DNA of 61,494 nt, filler included, from Circinaria calcarea (GCA_051942165.1; 20 parts of 20 records of this genome joined end to end with filler, not necessarily neighbours in it), one strand, 5' to 3'. Positions 1 to 12,257 are shown, counted from the first letter of the whole stretch. Notes: generated by a model from the letters alone, not told the origin. Program-made: numbers and translations.

Positions 1-828
1 CCAGCAACGCTGAACGTGAAAGGGATGCCTGGAGCTGTTGGTTGACCTTGGGTAGCGGTGAGCGCTGGGAATGCCTTCACAGGTAGGGGGGCATTCGTGG
101 AAGGGCACGACTTGATGAAGGAAGCAGCGAGGGTATAGACAGGGTTTATGCCGAGAGGTGTGCCATAGGGATTGGCAGCTGCTACATCTCCGAGACTGAA
201 TCGCTGCAGGGATGTATGCAAGGCTTCCGTCACGAGGATCGAGCCGGCGACGGTAAGGTATTCTTTGCTTGAGATGAGACCTGCACCGCCGAGATATGCA
301 GAAGTACCAACGCTGACGTACAAGGTCAGCCTTATCGAAGGATGATATTACCAAAGAATACAATACATACCCTTCTAGCACCGAGGAGAGAGCTACGAAT
401 GACATCGGGTCCGTGTAGGGGAACGAATACTCACAAGCTGCAACAGGCTGTGCGCCGGCTTCAGCGAGAGCAGATGTAAGGAGCGCCACATGCTGCTCTT
501 CATCGTATGCGATGTACTTCAAATTATTGTAGTATTCGCTGGAGAAGCCGGCGTCCAGAAAGGCAGACTCCGGCATGGTGCTGAGAGCTCCTTGATAGAA
601 CACATTCTCAAGGTGTTCAAGCTTAAGGAGAATCGAGTTAGCAGGTATACTGAATTTGGCTTGACATAGAAGCTATATGGAAGACCTCCTGCGTGTCGAA
701 CTTACTGTGAGAGCGTATTGGAGAATGTCTGCGTCTGTTATGGCTGCTTGGCGCTTGGTGTTGACAGGCGCTGAAAGGGTAGAGGAAGCGAGCAAGGTGA
801 GAGCCGCGCAGATTTCGGTGAGCTTCAT
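1..828 (-). CDS. Secreted ferritin-like (Rds1-like) protein, 3'-truncated, 2 introns
   Basis: Manual translation MKLTEICAALTLLASSTLSAPVNTKRQAAITDADILQYALT/LEHLENVFYQGAL...YIAYDEEQHV...SILVTEALH. Signal peptide, KR site and Ferritin_2-type motifs. Confidence 0.85.
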
Positions 829-2867
829 AATTGCAGCTTGAGGCTAGAGTACGTGGAATAAAGCTGTAACCTTGGGATGAGTTGTAAGGAGACTCAGATG
901 AAGAAAGAAATTCAGGCCGGGCAAGCTCCCTCTTTTATGATTGTTTCCCTCCATGACCGCGCGGAAGACGTGCAGCCGTGCAACAGTGCCCTAATTGCGC
1001 TACCCCGGCTGAATGATGGCAAGTCCCGACATTCCAGTGGACGGAAAGAGTCGAGGCCGAGAGAGCTGTAGCAAAGCTCCCTTAGCTCTGAGAGCTGTCT
1101 GTTAGCGTCTGGAAGCTACCGCGGTGAAGTAAGAATCCCGCCCAAGATTTAGGCCTCCTATGTCTTGATCGAGTAGCAATTTGCAAAACCTCTTACTCCT
1201 GCATCTTGAGCCAAACCCTTTGCGATGGATAATCAAACAAGCTCATCAGCGCTTTACCCTTTGGAGCAGGATTGTTGAGCTAAATACGCCACGAAACTTG
1301 GGGACTGGTCTCGATGTGGAGAGTGATTTACACTCAGACCACAGCTAGTAATTCCAAGTCGATCGTGGGGTCTGGCCGGAGTTTGGGAGGTTACGTCGGT
1401 AGCAAGGCACAGCAGTGACCTTCCCGTTGCTGAATAGGTAGAATGGAACGAGGAACGCGGGGATCAGCCCTCATACCGTGCTTATTAGCGCACAAAGCAC
1501 ATGAGGCACAAGGCCGATCGCGCAGGTCGTAGCAAGATCTACTCCGTACAAACCGAGTCAGTATAAGTCATGCGATTGAAGTGCGGTACCTTCCAGGAGG
1601 CGGTGGTACCATGACTCATTGGACCTTTGACCGGGTAGCGCTTCGCACGCGTACCATTCGGCCCCGGAGGCTTGTATGTAGCATTGCATTGCTACGAGTA
1701 AATTGGTCCCTAGTTCTATGTAAGGTCTGCATTCCCAGTTGTCCTGCATTGAACCTTTCCATCTCCAAGGTAGAACCTCAAAAAGCAAAGTGCATACGGA
1801 AACCCTGTACGCTCCAATTAGCAAGAATGCAATTTCCTTTAAGGCACATGACCGTACACTGGAATGGGGTAGAAGTGCCCCGCGCTATTTCATGATTTGT
1901 ACAGTAGCTCCCGATTTAAATCCCCACGAATGAGCGGTCGCCATTATCGTTATTATTAGATAATAATCAGGTTGTCGCTATATGTAGCCTTAACGGCAGT
2001 AGTCATATCCCTGCTCCGGAACATCGTTGGGTAACTGGTGCTAATACTTTGTAGTCACGCTTATTACGACGGCCCTGAAGGATTAACGATGTCTAGATGT
2101 AGGGAGTACAGGATGCGGAGCATGAATTTATCTGGGATTAGCTCGTTGATGGAAGAAATGAACCCGGCACAAGCCTCAAATTCCTAGCACACCTAAGTCT
2201 GATCATGACTTTTACACGGTGAGTTCTAACAGCTCCGTAGGGTCCTTTGGCCTGGTCTCAATCGAACCATGTACAAACAAATGACTGCTTCAGAGAAACA
2301 TGCCTTAAAGTCACGTAAGTCCAAAAAAACTAGCGCAGGTAAGCTATCAGCTCATGTGTTACATTCGTAGAATCTGCAGGTGCACATGAAGGAACGGGTG
2401 TAATCAAGATGACGGTACGAACAGAGACAGCGGTCTTTCATTGCGAGCATGTTTAAAGAGATGCTTTTCATAGAGAGTGGAATAATCTGGATACATGGAA
2501 AAATCCAGCAGGTTGGTTGTGAAAATAGTACGGCTGGCAGATACTAAAACAGACCTTACCAGGGGATGAGAGGAAATATGGTGACAATGCAGGCATTACA
2601 GCAGCTCGGGTATAGTGATATTTGTCCGATTATTTTGGTCGAAATGACTAGATATTACAAGAGAGAGTGTAGCAGTTTCGAATGTCTTGATGCTGGGGAA
2701 CTCGAAGAACTGGAGTGAGTGTTATACGTCATAGAATTATGCAGCCTTATGCAGAGCATACAGCTTCCATAACTTTCGAAACATTCATTCAACAGGGAGC
2801 ATCCAATATATCCCCAAGCTTACGCTCTCCCATAACCTCTTCCTTCCACCTCTTTCGCATCTGAAAA

Positions 2868-2983
2868 ATGAACATCAAGTATGCCAACTCCTTCCTTTAC
2901 TTCCCTTCTCCGCTGATCTCCTCCCTAGAGTCCGAACCCTCACGGGAAAAGAAATCGAGCTAGATATCGAGCCGGATTACAAG
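2868..2983 (+). CDS. RUB1: NEDD8/Rub1 ubiquitin-like protein, 5' part (intron 2879-2928)
   Basis: Spliced translation MNIKVRTLTGKEIELDIEPDYK, followed by a GT donor; truncated by the linker. Confidence 0.9.
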
Positions 2984-2991
2984 GTCCATCA

Positions 2992-3091
2992 NNNNNNNNN
3001 NNNNNNNNNNNNNNNNNNNNNNNNNNNNNNNNNNNTTAATTAATTAANNNNNNNNNNNNNNNNNNNNNNNNNNNNNNNNNNNNNNNNNNNN
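2992..3091. other. Artificial contig linker N44-TTAATTAATTAA-N44. First of 19; the others start at 6081, 9170, 12258, 15345, 18432, 21515, 24597, 27678, 30757, 33835, 36912, 39988, 43063, 46138, 49211, 52283, 55354, 58425
   Basis: Identical 100-bp spacers with stops in all six frames; lengths of the flanking contigs never increase along the window. Confidence 0.98.
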
Positions 3092-3700
3092 GATCTGTGC
3101 CCCGCATAAACTGTCTTCCAATCAACAGACCATAATAAAGTAAATAAAGGTGTCTCATTTGTGTAAAAATTTTATAATATAAAACCTTTAGGATAATTAA
3201 TCATTTTTAGTATTTAAATCCAGCCAGCCAATTAATTTAAATATGTGTGCCTATTGATTAATTATTTTAAAATTTTATAATGTTTTTATAAAATTAACTA
3301 CCTTATACGCTGGAAATTCTTATATTATAGCCTAAAGTGGTAACAGTAAAGCTGCATAGGGTCTTCTCGTCTATCTAGAGGTAAACTGTATCTGCACAGC
3401 TATTCCAATTTCACTGAGCCAATCATCGAGACAGCTGTTGTATCGTTACATCATTCATGCAAAGACCGCATTTAACGGCCAAGGTATTCCGCTACCTTAG
3501 GACCCTCATCGGTAAGGCCGCCGTTTATCGGGGTTTTCTTCAAAGCCTAACATGTTAAAATTAAGCAAATCCGTTACCCAGCCGACACAGGGCAGACATC
3601 ACACTCAATATATCGATTAGTATCTTAGCAGAGTGCTTTGTTTTAATTAAACAGTCGTACAACACTATTCCATGCTTCCTCTTCTTTAATTGATTTTTTT

Positions 3701-3806
3701 TAATTTACCTTTTTTTCAGTAAAACAAAAAAAAAATAAAAAGGGGGTTCCCCCACCTGGAGCCCTTTTTATTTTTTCTTAATTTACCTCCTTTTCAGTAA
3801 AACAAT
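3701..3806. repeat. GC-cored hairpin insertion flanked by a ~27-bp imperfect direct duplication within rnl
   Basis: TAATTTACCT..TTTTCAGTAAAACAA at 3701 and again at 3779, flanking the hairpin AAAAAATAAAAAGGGGGTTCC-cccacct-GGAGCCCTTTTTATTTTTT. Confidence 0.6.
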
Positions 3807-4798
3807 ATTAACCTAATAAGAATGGCCCACCTTATCCCGAAGTTACGTGAGTCAATTTGCCGAGTTCCTTAATGATTGTTTACTCTAAACGCCTTCGTAT
3901 TCTCTACTAGCTTACTTGCGGTAGTATCTAGGTACGGTCATTATTTACTATTACTTTCCGTTATTTGCAGAGTAGAAAGCAATTGCTTAATATTTTCCAG
4001 AACTAATTTAACTAAAATAAAAAGTTTTGTATGTCAGCTTCCTCATCGATTATTTAGTAGATTTTAGATTAATTTTTTAATCTATTACTATTTTTACTTC
4101 ACGAACTATACAAATTGTAATAGCTCTGCCTATTATTAATTTCTACAGGCCGAACCATAAAAACATCATCTAACTTTTTATACGACTTTAGTCATTCTCT
4201 TAGAGGCCGTAAATTTTATTAACTATCCATAAGCTTTAGGCGAAAAATTTTTTCTTTATCGTTACTCATATCAGCATTCTCACTTGGATTATCTAATTTT
4301 TTTAATCTTATAAAGAACAAATCTAAGATTTATCCAATGTTCCGCTACCCCATAAATATAACATATCTTATATTCTTATAAATTAGAATACTGTAAATAT
4401 AGTTCTAAATATGGACAAGGTTTCGGTATATTGTTTAGATCCGTTATATTTTCGGTGTGTTCTCCTAAGAAAATCAGTGCTCTGTTACGAGATCTTCAAA
4501 AAATGGCCGCTTCTAAGCCTATTTCCTGATTGTATTTGAAGACACATCCTTTATTTCACTTAACAATAATTTTGGAACCTTATTAACTCTTGTTCAGGGC
4601 TGTTTCCCTTTAGACATACAACATTAGCGTTCTATGTCCGATTATTTAATATTCATCTTAACCCTTTCGAGCGCAAATACCCTCCGATAAAATCTTCACG
4701 ATCCCCCGATGTATACAAAATTTATATTGTTCGAGATCACAGTTCTGTACCTGCTAAGATGTTACTTAAATTACCTACTTATATAGGTTTCGCGGAAA

Positions 4799-5456
4799 CA
4801 GATTTAACTTCTTTAGCCATTATTAAAAATAAAGGCAGAGTTGAAGCTTTTCTCCCTAAATAGTTTTTTACACTATCCATTTTACGAATAATAAAACTAG
4901 TTTTATTTATTTTTTAATTTAATTATATAAATATTTATAAAAATTTTTCCAGATTTAATTTTATTTTTAATAGTAGTTCTAGTTACACCTAATGCTAAGG
5001 CTGCTTCACTAAGAGTTAAATACTCTTTCATTTCCTTCGTTTTAATATTTGTAATTTAAACAGCAACACCTTTAATCGCAGAAAACGAAAACTTATTTTT
5101 TCTATATTTTTTTAACCTATACTATATTACTATTAAAAATTTAAAATTCTTTTATTTACTCTATTATTCTGCACTCTTTCGAGTGAGGCTTGACTATATC
5201 TTAAGCTTGCGCCAACCAACATTTAGTCGATGAACTGCACACCGTTTATTACACGGAGCTTGGCTGCGGATTACCCATTTTCTTTCGTACATCAATTTCG
5301 ATTTTACCATACCACGAGTCATTACCTGTGCCACGAAATATATTTCTATCTTCGCTTGGTTGAAATTGCTTTAGGATGTTTCCGCAATTTGATGGTTTTT
5401 TGCGAGAGGTTCACTCCCACACTCTGGCCATATAAGCTTCTCATGCTTATATTTAA
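4799..5456 (-). mobile_element. Group I intron (IC-like core) in mitochondrial LSU rRNA near E. coli 23S position ~810
   Basis: Minus strand: P AAATTGCGGAAA, Q AATCCGCAGC, R GTTCATCGACTAAA, S AAGATATAGTC. P1 pairs exon CUGGU with IGS GCCAG (U.G pair); intron ends in G. Removing it restores AGCTGGT|TTTCCGCGAAACC. Confidence 0.88.
4930..5085 (-). pseudogene. Degenerate homing-endonuclease remnant (NUMOD1/HTH-like C-terminus typical of GIY-YIG enzymes) inside the intron
   Basis: Translates KGVAV*ITNIKTKEMKEYLTLSEAALALGVTRTTIKNKIKSGK; in-frame stop, no catalytic N-terminus. Confidence 0.6.
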
Positions 5457-6180
5457 ACCAGCTAAACTAGTCAGTTTTGTCTTTCACTAACTTACCACTA
5501 TTCTTCGGATATCTATACAACGATAACCCGTTCGGACTTTTATAATCCTGATAATAGTAAGATCACTAGTCTCCGGGTCTAATTTTAGATACTAATTCAT
5601 TTTTTCATAATCGATTTGTCTAGGCCAGTCCTAGATAACACTAGCCTCATATACTATACTATCCCGAAAAGATAAAGATCCACGTATAATTTATAATACT
5701 AATGGTACCATGCTACTTGCTCGCATCTAATATTAACTTGCTGACCCATTATGCAAAAGGTACGCTTTCATTTTTTATTTAAATTTTACTTAAGCTGCTT
5801 ATAAAACTACTATTAAACGTATTTCCTCACGGAACTAATTCACTATCGCGTATAATACCATATTTAGCTTTAGAGGAAGGTTCCCCTTTATTCAAACAGA
5901 TAATCCATTTTACTTAAAAGCTATTCTACTTTAATTCACACTAATCGTAGAATCTCGTTTGATTTCTTTTCCTAAAGTTAATTAGATATTTCAGTTCACT
6001 TTGTTTATTCTATATGATTTCTCTTAGTTTATTCCACACTTGGTTTATAGCCATCTATTCATAATAGTCTCTTTTTATACNNNNNNNNNNNNNNNNNNNN
6101 NNNNNNNNNNNNNNNNNNNNNNNNTTAATTAATTAANNNNNNNNNNNNNNNNNNNNNNNNNNNNNNNNNNNNNNNNNNNN

Positions 6181-6720
6181 CCCACTGAAAACCGCGATAG
6201 GGAACTTAGCCTATTTTAAGCTCCGGGGGGGGGGGCGGCCGGTGATTTACCGATCCGAGTATTACCCGAACCCAGAATTTATACGGAAATATGCAATTTC
6301 ATACCCCACCCCCAAATTTTAGTGATTAACCTTCTGTGAGTGCAAGGTGGCTATTGATAAGATCACTACGAAAGGTCGCTGTCAGTGCTGTAAAGATTGC
6401 AGAGGTCACTGTCGCAGAGGTCACTGTCGCCAGTGGCACTGCATAATAGCATTGCGACACACTGGCATTGCGACACACTGGCATTGCGACACACTGGCAT
6501 TGCGACACACTGGCATTGCGATATAAATGCGAGAGCGACACAGTGCGACAGCGACCCACTGAAAACCGCGATAGGGAACTTAGCCTATTTTAACCTCCGG
6601 CCGGGTTCTTAGGCTACTACCCTCCTGACAGTAGTGTGTTCTTCGGGGTACCCCCTGAAAATTGGGGGTGGGGGTATGAGATTGCATGTTTCGAAGTTTT
6701 TGGGGGATGAAATTGCATAT
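6181..6720. repeat. Repeat complex upstream of the transposase: direct, inverted and 16-bp tandem repeats
   Basis: CCCACTGAAAACCGCGATAGGGAACTTAGCCTATTTTAA at 6181 and ~6555; (GCATTGCGACACACTG)x4.5 at 6449-6521; 6290-6320 inverted against 6657-6690. Confidence 0.8.
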
Positions 6721-6891
6721 CCCTTAAACCGTTGCTCAGGCGGAACGAACCGTGCACGCTGTACTAGTAGGGGGGTGTCCAGGGGGGGTTAGTGCGCATT
6801 CCACCGCAAAATGTATATTACTTTTACTTAATAATTGAAGCTATTCAACCTACTGCTTTCGTGCTGCATATTGCATTATTTAAACTGCATA

Positions 6892-8940
6892 ATGACTAGA
6901 AATATCAACAAACAAGAGGTTCCTGGTGTGGACGACGTGCCACCAAAGAAGAATAAGAAGAAAAGGACTTTCGAAGACCTTTTGGGCAGCGTGCCTCCTC
7001 CATCATCCACCTACAAGCCATTAACCGTGTATGAACGCCCTGCGAAACCCTCATTGCCAGACCCCGGCAAGGCTTACACCCCCTATGAGCTCTTCCGCCT
7101 CTTCATCACCACTACGCATTTCGATATTATTACCAAAAACACGAACCGAAATGCATTCCTAAAGCAGTTCAATCAGAAGCCATTGAATCAACGCAATAAG
7201 CATGAAAAAGAAGAGGAAAAAGAGGAAGATTCTAATACAAATGACGCTGAATCTATGCATACACCCAGGCATATATTCAAACGCCAATGGCATGACACAA
7301 ATAGGCCAGAAATAACAGTTTTTTTCGGCGCTTTACTACTTATGGGCACCACTCACCTACCTAAATCAGAAGACTACTGGAAAACTACTGCCGGTTATGG
7401 AGTTGTTAACCACCTTCAAATAACAATCACATGTGAACGTTGGCATCAAATCAAGCGCTATTTAAAGATCTCTAATCCTAATACGGACGCCGATTCTTCT
7501 GGCCTTATGTAGTATGCAAAGGTTGAACCTCTTGCTACTGTCTTTGAAACAGCTAGTAGAGCATACCTTATACCTGGAAGCTACGTGGCATGTGATGAAC
7601 AGCTAATTGGCTTCTGGGGCCGCTCAAAACACACGTTGGAAATTAAGAATAAAGTCGTTGGCAAAGGCTTTAAAATCTACGTTTTATGCCATTAAAATTA
7701 TCTGTATTCTTTTATATAAACGTCTAAAATAGTAAAAATTAGTCATTTATAATACACACCCGGCCTAAATAATTCCCAATCGGTAATAGTGCAGTTATGC
7801 CGTCGCCTTCCAGCATTGCCAGCCATACCGAATGCTTGCCATTATGCGGTAATTACAGATAATTTCTTCACAAGCACGAAGCTCTTTTCTATACTATATC
7901 AAATGGGACTTGGAGCATGCGGAACGGCTAAAACAGGCTCCGGATTTTTAAAAGAAATGCTTGAATTTCGTGATCATTTGACTAAAGCACATGACTGGGG
8001 GAAAGCTACTTTTACTACTATAGAAAGCCCTTTAAAAATCCCTGAGTTGACTATTAAAAAGACTAAACTTGTCGCCAGTTCTGCCCTAAACAGCATACAA
8101 AACAGGACATGGGTTGATACACTTTCGAGGGAAGATCAGGAGGCCGAGAGGATCAAGCAACAAGACGTGAAAGAAATTCTCTATATGGCATGGCAGGATT
8201 CAGCTGTTACGCAGCTTATAACTACTATTCATACTGCCGAAGAGGTCACACAGTATGAGCTAATTGGAACCCGCAAACGGCATAACATTCCTTCTAATTC
8301 CACAGCATGGCTGCCAGTATTGAAAAGCTTCCGGTTCCCTTCCGTTACAGCTCATTCATGGCCTACACCTACTACGCAGGAAGAAGGCCTTCCAATACCA
8401 TTGCTGGCACGCCTTTACAATAAACATATGGGTGGTGGTGACGGTAATGCCCAGATCCGGAGTTATTACACGCCACATATTCGCTGTCGTCGCTATTGAT
8501 GGGTTCTTATGCTATTCATATTCGACGCTAGTATCTACAATGCATACTGTTTATGGAAGCTGCTTAATCCGGAATCCATCTTCCAGCATAAAGACTTTCA
8601 AATTGCTATTGCTTTGCAGCTATTAGTCAAGCCTGCTGCTGTTGGAAGGCAGCAAAACGCGCTTATGGAAGTGTTTGGTGCTATTTATAATACTAAAGAA
8701 CTTAAGCACATGTGGAAAAAACTTTCTACGAAAGGCACTTGCTATTCATATCGTGAAGCTAAACGATGGCGAAAACCAAAAAGCGGTACGCCACTTGCTG
8801 AAATTGATGCCAACCAAAATAAACGCAAATTGAAAGTGGCTCCGGAATCATTATGGGGGTGTATAATATGCACACATGGTTCATGCTGTAAAAATACTAG
8901 ATGTTGGCTAGAATTACACCCGGCTCATACAGAATATTAA
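6892..8940 (+). mobile_element. piggyBac-family transposase pseudogene (DDE_Tnp_1_7-like with C-terminal Cys-rich domain)
   Basis: Single frame with in-frame stops at 7510, 7693, 7717, 7750 and 8497. Motifs TPYELFRLF, RWHQIKRYL, ACDEQ, ITDNFFTS, YNKHMGGGD and a C-terminal CIIC...CCK...CWLELH. Confidence 0.88.
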
Positions 8941-9269
8941 ATTCAGTTAAAATACGGTGCATTCCTCCTTACTAGCGAGTTGCTATAGGCAACACCCAAT
9001 AGGGAATAGCGTAGTAGTGGGCGAGTACACATATCGCACACACAGCGTAGCTAGTTAGATAACCTTCAATGCCATAGTGGTTCCACCAACAGGTCGTGTA
9101 GTAGCACTCACCGTACTACATTCAACTTATGTGTTAGATATTAATAAAATCTGCATCGAAAACTAGGCANNNNNNNNNNNNNNNNNNNNNNNNNNNNNNN
9201 NNNNNNNNNNNNNTTAATTAATTAANNNNNNNNNNNNNNNNNNNNNNNNNNNNNNNNNNNNNNNNNNNN

Positions 9270-10314
9270 CAAGTACCTCCAGGCAGGTCTTCATCAACGG
9301 ATTCATAATGTCCGGGTGAAGGTAGAGCCCCACACGATTCTTCTCCTCTTCCAATCGTGTCTCAGCCTTCTTCATATAATCAACAACACTATTCTCGGCT
9401 ACGAATTGCACCGACTCTTGTTGGTAATATGCCTTTGTCGCCAAAAGAAACGGTCGCTCGAAGTGGAAACGATAGACGTCGAGCGTAGATTTGGTGCTGT
9501 CTGTTTCATCAAGTCCCAGAGACACGAAAGAATCGACGATGCTCTTAATCTGGGCTTGTTCGATAGTCTCCCCATTTCTCTGTTTCTCCACCATTTTCAA
9601 TACTGCGGCCATAACATTTGGTTGGACCTTCATGAACAGCTCTTCTCGCCATTGCACGAGGTGTAAAGTGTAAACATCATAGATGTCCTTCTTCCCCTCG
9701 TCAATCTCACGCTTCACCCAGTGGCGATTCAAGTAGCGAAACAAATGGTTTGTGAACTTGGCGGCTGTCGTGTATCGGTCCCATTCCCGAATGTAGTAGC
9801 TTAGCAAAGCCTCGTCTGCATGACTCTTGGATTGGTCGTGGATCAGCTGGAGGTGAGCTTTGAGGTATTCTTTCAGGTTCCGGTAGAGATCTTCACCGAG
9901 AAGGTGAGCTTTGATAAAGGTCAGCGTTGGCACACGATGGAAAATTGAACGTTCATCTTACCGCCCCGATGCGTGTTGACTCCTAGTATCCCACCAGCTG
10001 AGTTGGATGCTGCCTTTTGTGATGTACAGAAGTTATGCACAGCTCTGCCCAAGCGTCAGTAAACTGCCTGTTACCTGCACATACACCAAAGTCTATACAT
10101 ACGTGTATATGCCCATGTACGTTTTCATATCCACGCCCTCTCGTAGACGACTCATGATCTGCTCTACACCTTGTTCCAGGTAGCTCCATCTGTTGATCAG
10201 GTTAGTTTCATGCTCCGTGTTGCTCCTGGACGACTAAACTGAAGCCTGAACGAGGAATACGTACGTTGCAACCAAGTCATCCTTGTTAGGGATTGGAGGC
10301 ATTGTCCCTGCCAT
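9270..10314 (-). CDS. CUL1: Cullin-1 (SCF scaffold), N-terminal part, multi-exon
   Basis: MAGTMPPIPNKDDLVAT/WSYLEQGV...AVHNFCT...AHLLGEDLY...HLFRYLNRHWVKRE...VEKQRNGETI. Confidence 0.93.
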
Positions 10315-11013
10315 CTTGTCTGCTATCAAGAGTCTGAATGTATCGTTGAAGTGAAGCTTGCAAGAACAGGTGGTGCCAACGGAATAAATATTTAGAGCTG
10401 AGCTTGCCGAGTGGGCTGAACGCGAGTGTTCTGTGCTCAGAAGAAGTGTGTTGAGTTTTATCTCATGTGTTGGAAGGCAGGTGAACCTTCCGGGTCTCCC
10501 AGGAGGTCGAGAGGACTTGTTGGTTTCTTTCTGTTGCAAATGACACCGGACCAGATGATGGCAAGTGGGATAGAACGCGCGGGATGTTTGGGGTATACTC
10601 CAGCCGGTGCGCCGACCTTCCTGCGCTTCCGTAGGCCAGTCAGCTCTAGTGATCGGGGAGGATAAAGGACGTGGAGGATGTACAGTCAATACCCAGAAGG
10701 TGAGGGAAGGATGTAGCTGATTGGTGAAGGTTCTGCTTCAGTCATGAAATGAGAGAGTCGCCTGTTTGATGGTTTAAAGGACTGGTCCGTGCACGCCTTG
10801 CGGTTTAAGGCTGCCGTTATCATAAGCCTCAGTTTCGGTATGACGCCACAAATCGGGGCATAACCCGGCAGAGCATAAACACAAGTCTTGTTGACTGTCG
10901 GTATGAGTAATATGATGGGTAGTGGTGAGTACTTGCGCCTATGCCTTGTAAGGCGTTTCCTAGTTTTACAGCGTGTCTACTCAAAACCCATGGAGATATC
11001 AAACCCCCTGAGG

Positions 11014-11559
11014 TTAAATATCTAGGACGGGCCCCTCGTCCCCGTAAATGGGATCTTTCACAAACCAATCGAGCTGACCAATATTCTGGACCTTTTCCTC
11101 CTTCCCTTCCTTTCCATAGCACATGTCCCAGCTTTTGCCCTTCTGGTAAGCCCCCACCATCTCAAATCCCCCTTCTATGTCCTCCATTAGCCGATGCCCC
11201 ACCCCTGCCGGTACAATCACCACGTCCCCCTTTCCAACAACGATATCCGCCCTTTTCGGGTTTTCTTCCCCGCCAAAACATAACTTTGCTGTTCCGGAGA
11301 AGATGCAGAGAACTTCATGGGCAGTGGAATGGAAGTGCGTGGTGCTGTACATAGTATAGCGCCATTGAGGGGTGACGACGCCCGTGGACGAGAGGTGCGA
11401 TTCTATGGCAGAAGCGGGGGAGGACTGAAAGGCGCCGTGGTAAACCAGAAGAGGTTTGTGCTGGATAGACGTGTTGGGAATGCGATTGAAAGAGGCAATC
11501 TGAAAGGACGAGGTGCGGAGAGACTTTAAGGGCGTCAGAGAGAGTTTGCTTCCTCCCAT
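11014..11559 (-). CDS. Cupin-domain protein (YjlB-like)
   Basis: PQWRYTMYSTTHFHSTAHEVL and GDVVIVPAGVGH cupin motifs; ATG at 11559. Confidence 0.85.
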   Translation of the reverse strand: MGGSKLSLTPLKSLRTSSFQIASFNRIPNTSIQHKPLLVYHGAFQSSPASAIESHLSSTGVVTPQWRYTMYSTTHFHSTAHEVLCIFSGTAKLCFGGEENPKRADIVVGKGDVVIVPAGVGHRLMEDIEGGFEMVGAYQKGKSWDMCYGKEGKEEKVQNIGQLDWFVKDPIYGDEGPVLDI

Positions 11560-11954
11560 TGTAATCAAGACGCAAGATTGCAAGGTTACCAGTCATCAAC
11601 AGATGGTATTTGTAGATGGGTAGCATAGATCACAAAGCACAGCAGGTCAAAAGTTGCCATGATACAGTTTATACACGACGTCATCATCAGGTCTCGGGTG
11701 AACCTCGTAACTATCAGTTATCTCGGCCAACGCAAGAATCCCCTTTCGCTATGCTGTTCATTGCAAAAGCGCGGCCAGGCCGTGTAAACCAGACGCCTCT
11801 TTCGCTATGCATTCAATGCCTACCAAGAAGTATGGAACCAGCAATCATAAACAATTCCTGCCGCCGTCCCAAAAAATAAGAGCAAGTCGTGTAAAAAGAC
11901 ATAAAATCACCCGTGTTAAATTAGGTGACTTGGGTAATGAGGTACTGGCTCCGG

Positions 11955-12257
11955 TCAGGTTTGTACCACCCTCTCAATCAGTCTGGGCTAACATAAGCCT
12001 TTATCACATCTGCAAAATAGGGGTCAGACGTGCCTCAAAACACTGATTGAGAACGTTAGCATCCATGCAATCAGGGCGATCAGCAGCACCGACGCGAGAG
12101 CCTTCTGCTGGCTACACACGGGATCTCCCGATCTGCATGACCCGGAGCCAGTGTCTCGTGAGGCAGGATCTTCCTGTGACAATGCATCGAACGCCAGGCT
12201 TAAGTTTGCGGAATCGAAAACAATGAAGAAAAGGTCGAGGAAAATCAGGCGCATTTT
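11955..12257 (-). CDS. C-terminus of a membrane protein, probably Srf1-like phospholipase D regulator; last intron GC-AG (11983-12033)
   Basis: KMRLIFLDLFFIVFDSANLSLAF...QKALASVLLIALIAWMLTFSISVLR/LIERVVQT*. Family assignment is from recall. Confidence 0.6.

Larger units (their letters stand above)
3092..6080 (-). rRNA. rnl: Mitochondrial large-subunit rRNA, partial (about domains I-V), interrupted by a group I intron
   Basis: AT-rich contig with conserved LSU motifs on the minus strand: AAGGAACTCGGCAAATTGACTCACGTAACTTCGGGATAAGG, CCTAAGGTAGCGGAATACCTTG, GACGAGAAGACCCTATGCAGCTTTACTG, CCTTTTGCATAATGGGTCAGCAAGTT. Confidence 0.93.

Noticed and set aside
2230..2290. GGTTCGATT on the minus strand as a tRNA T-loop
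   Set aside because: No cloverleaf or acceptor stem could be formed.
3036..3047. TTAATTAATTAA as a piggyBac target or other biological repeat
   Set aside because: Part of the synthetic spacer.
3876..5490. Short ORFs in the AT-rich contig
   Set aside because: Antisense to rRNA and intron sequence; spurious.
2868..10314. NEDD8 and cullin-1 apparently clustered
   Set aside because: They are on different contigs; the order reflects length sorting.
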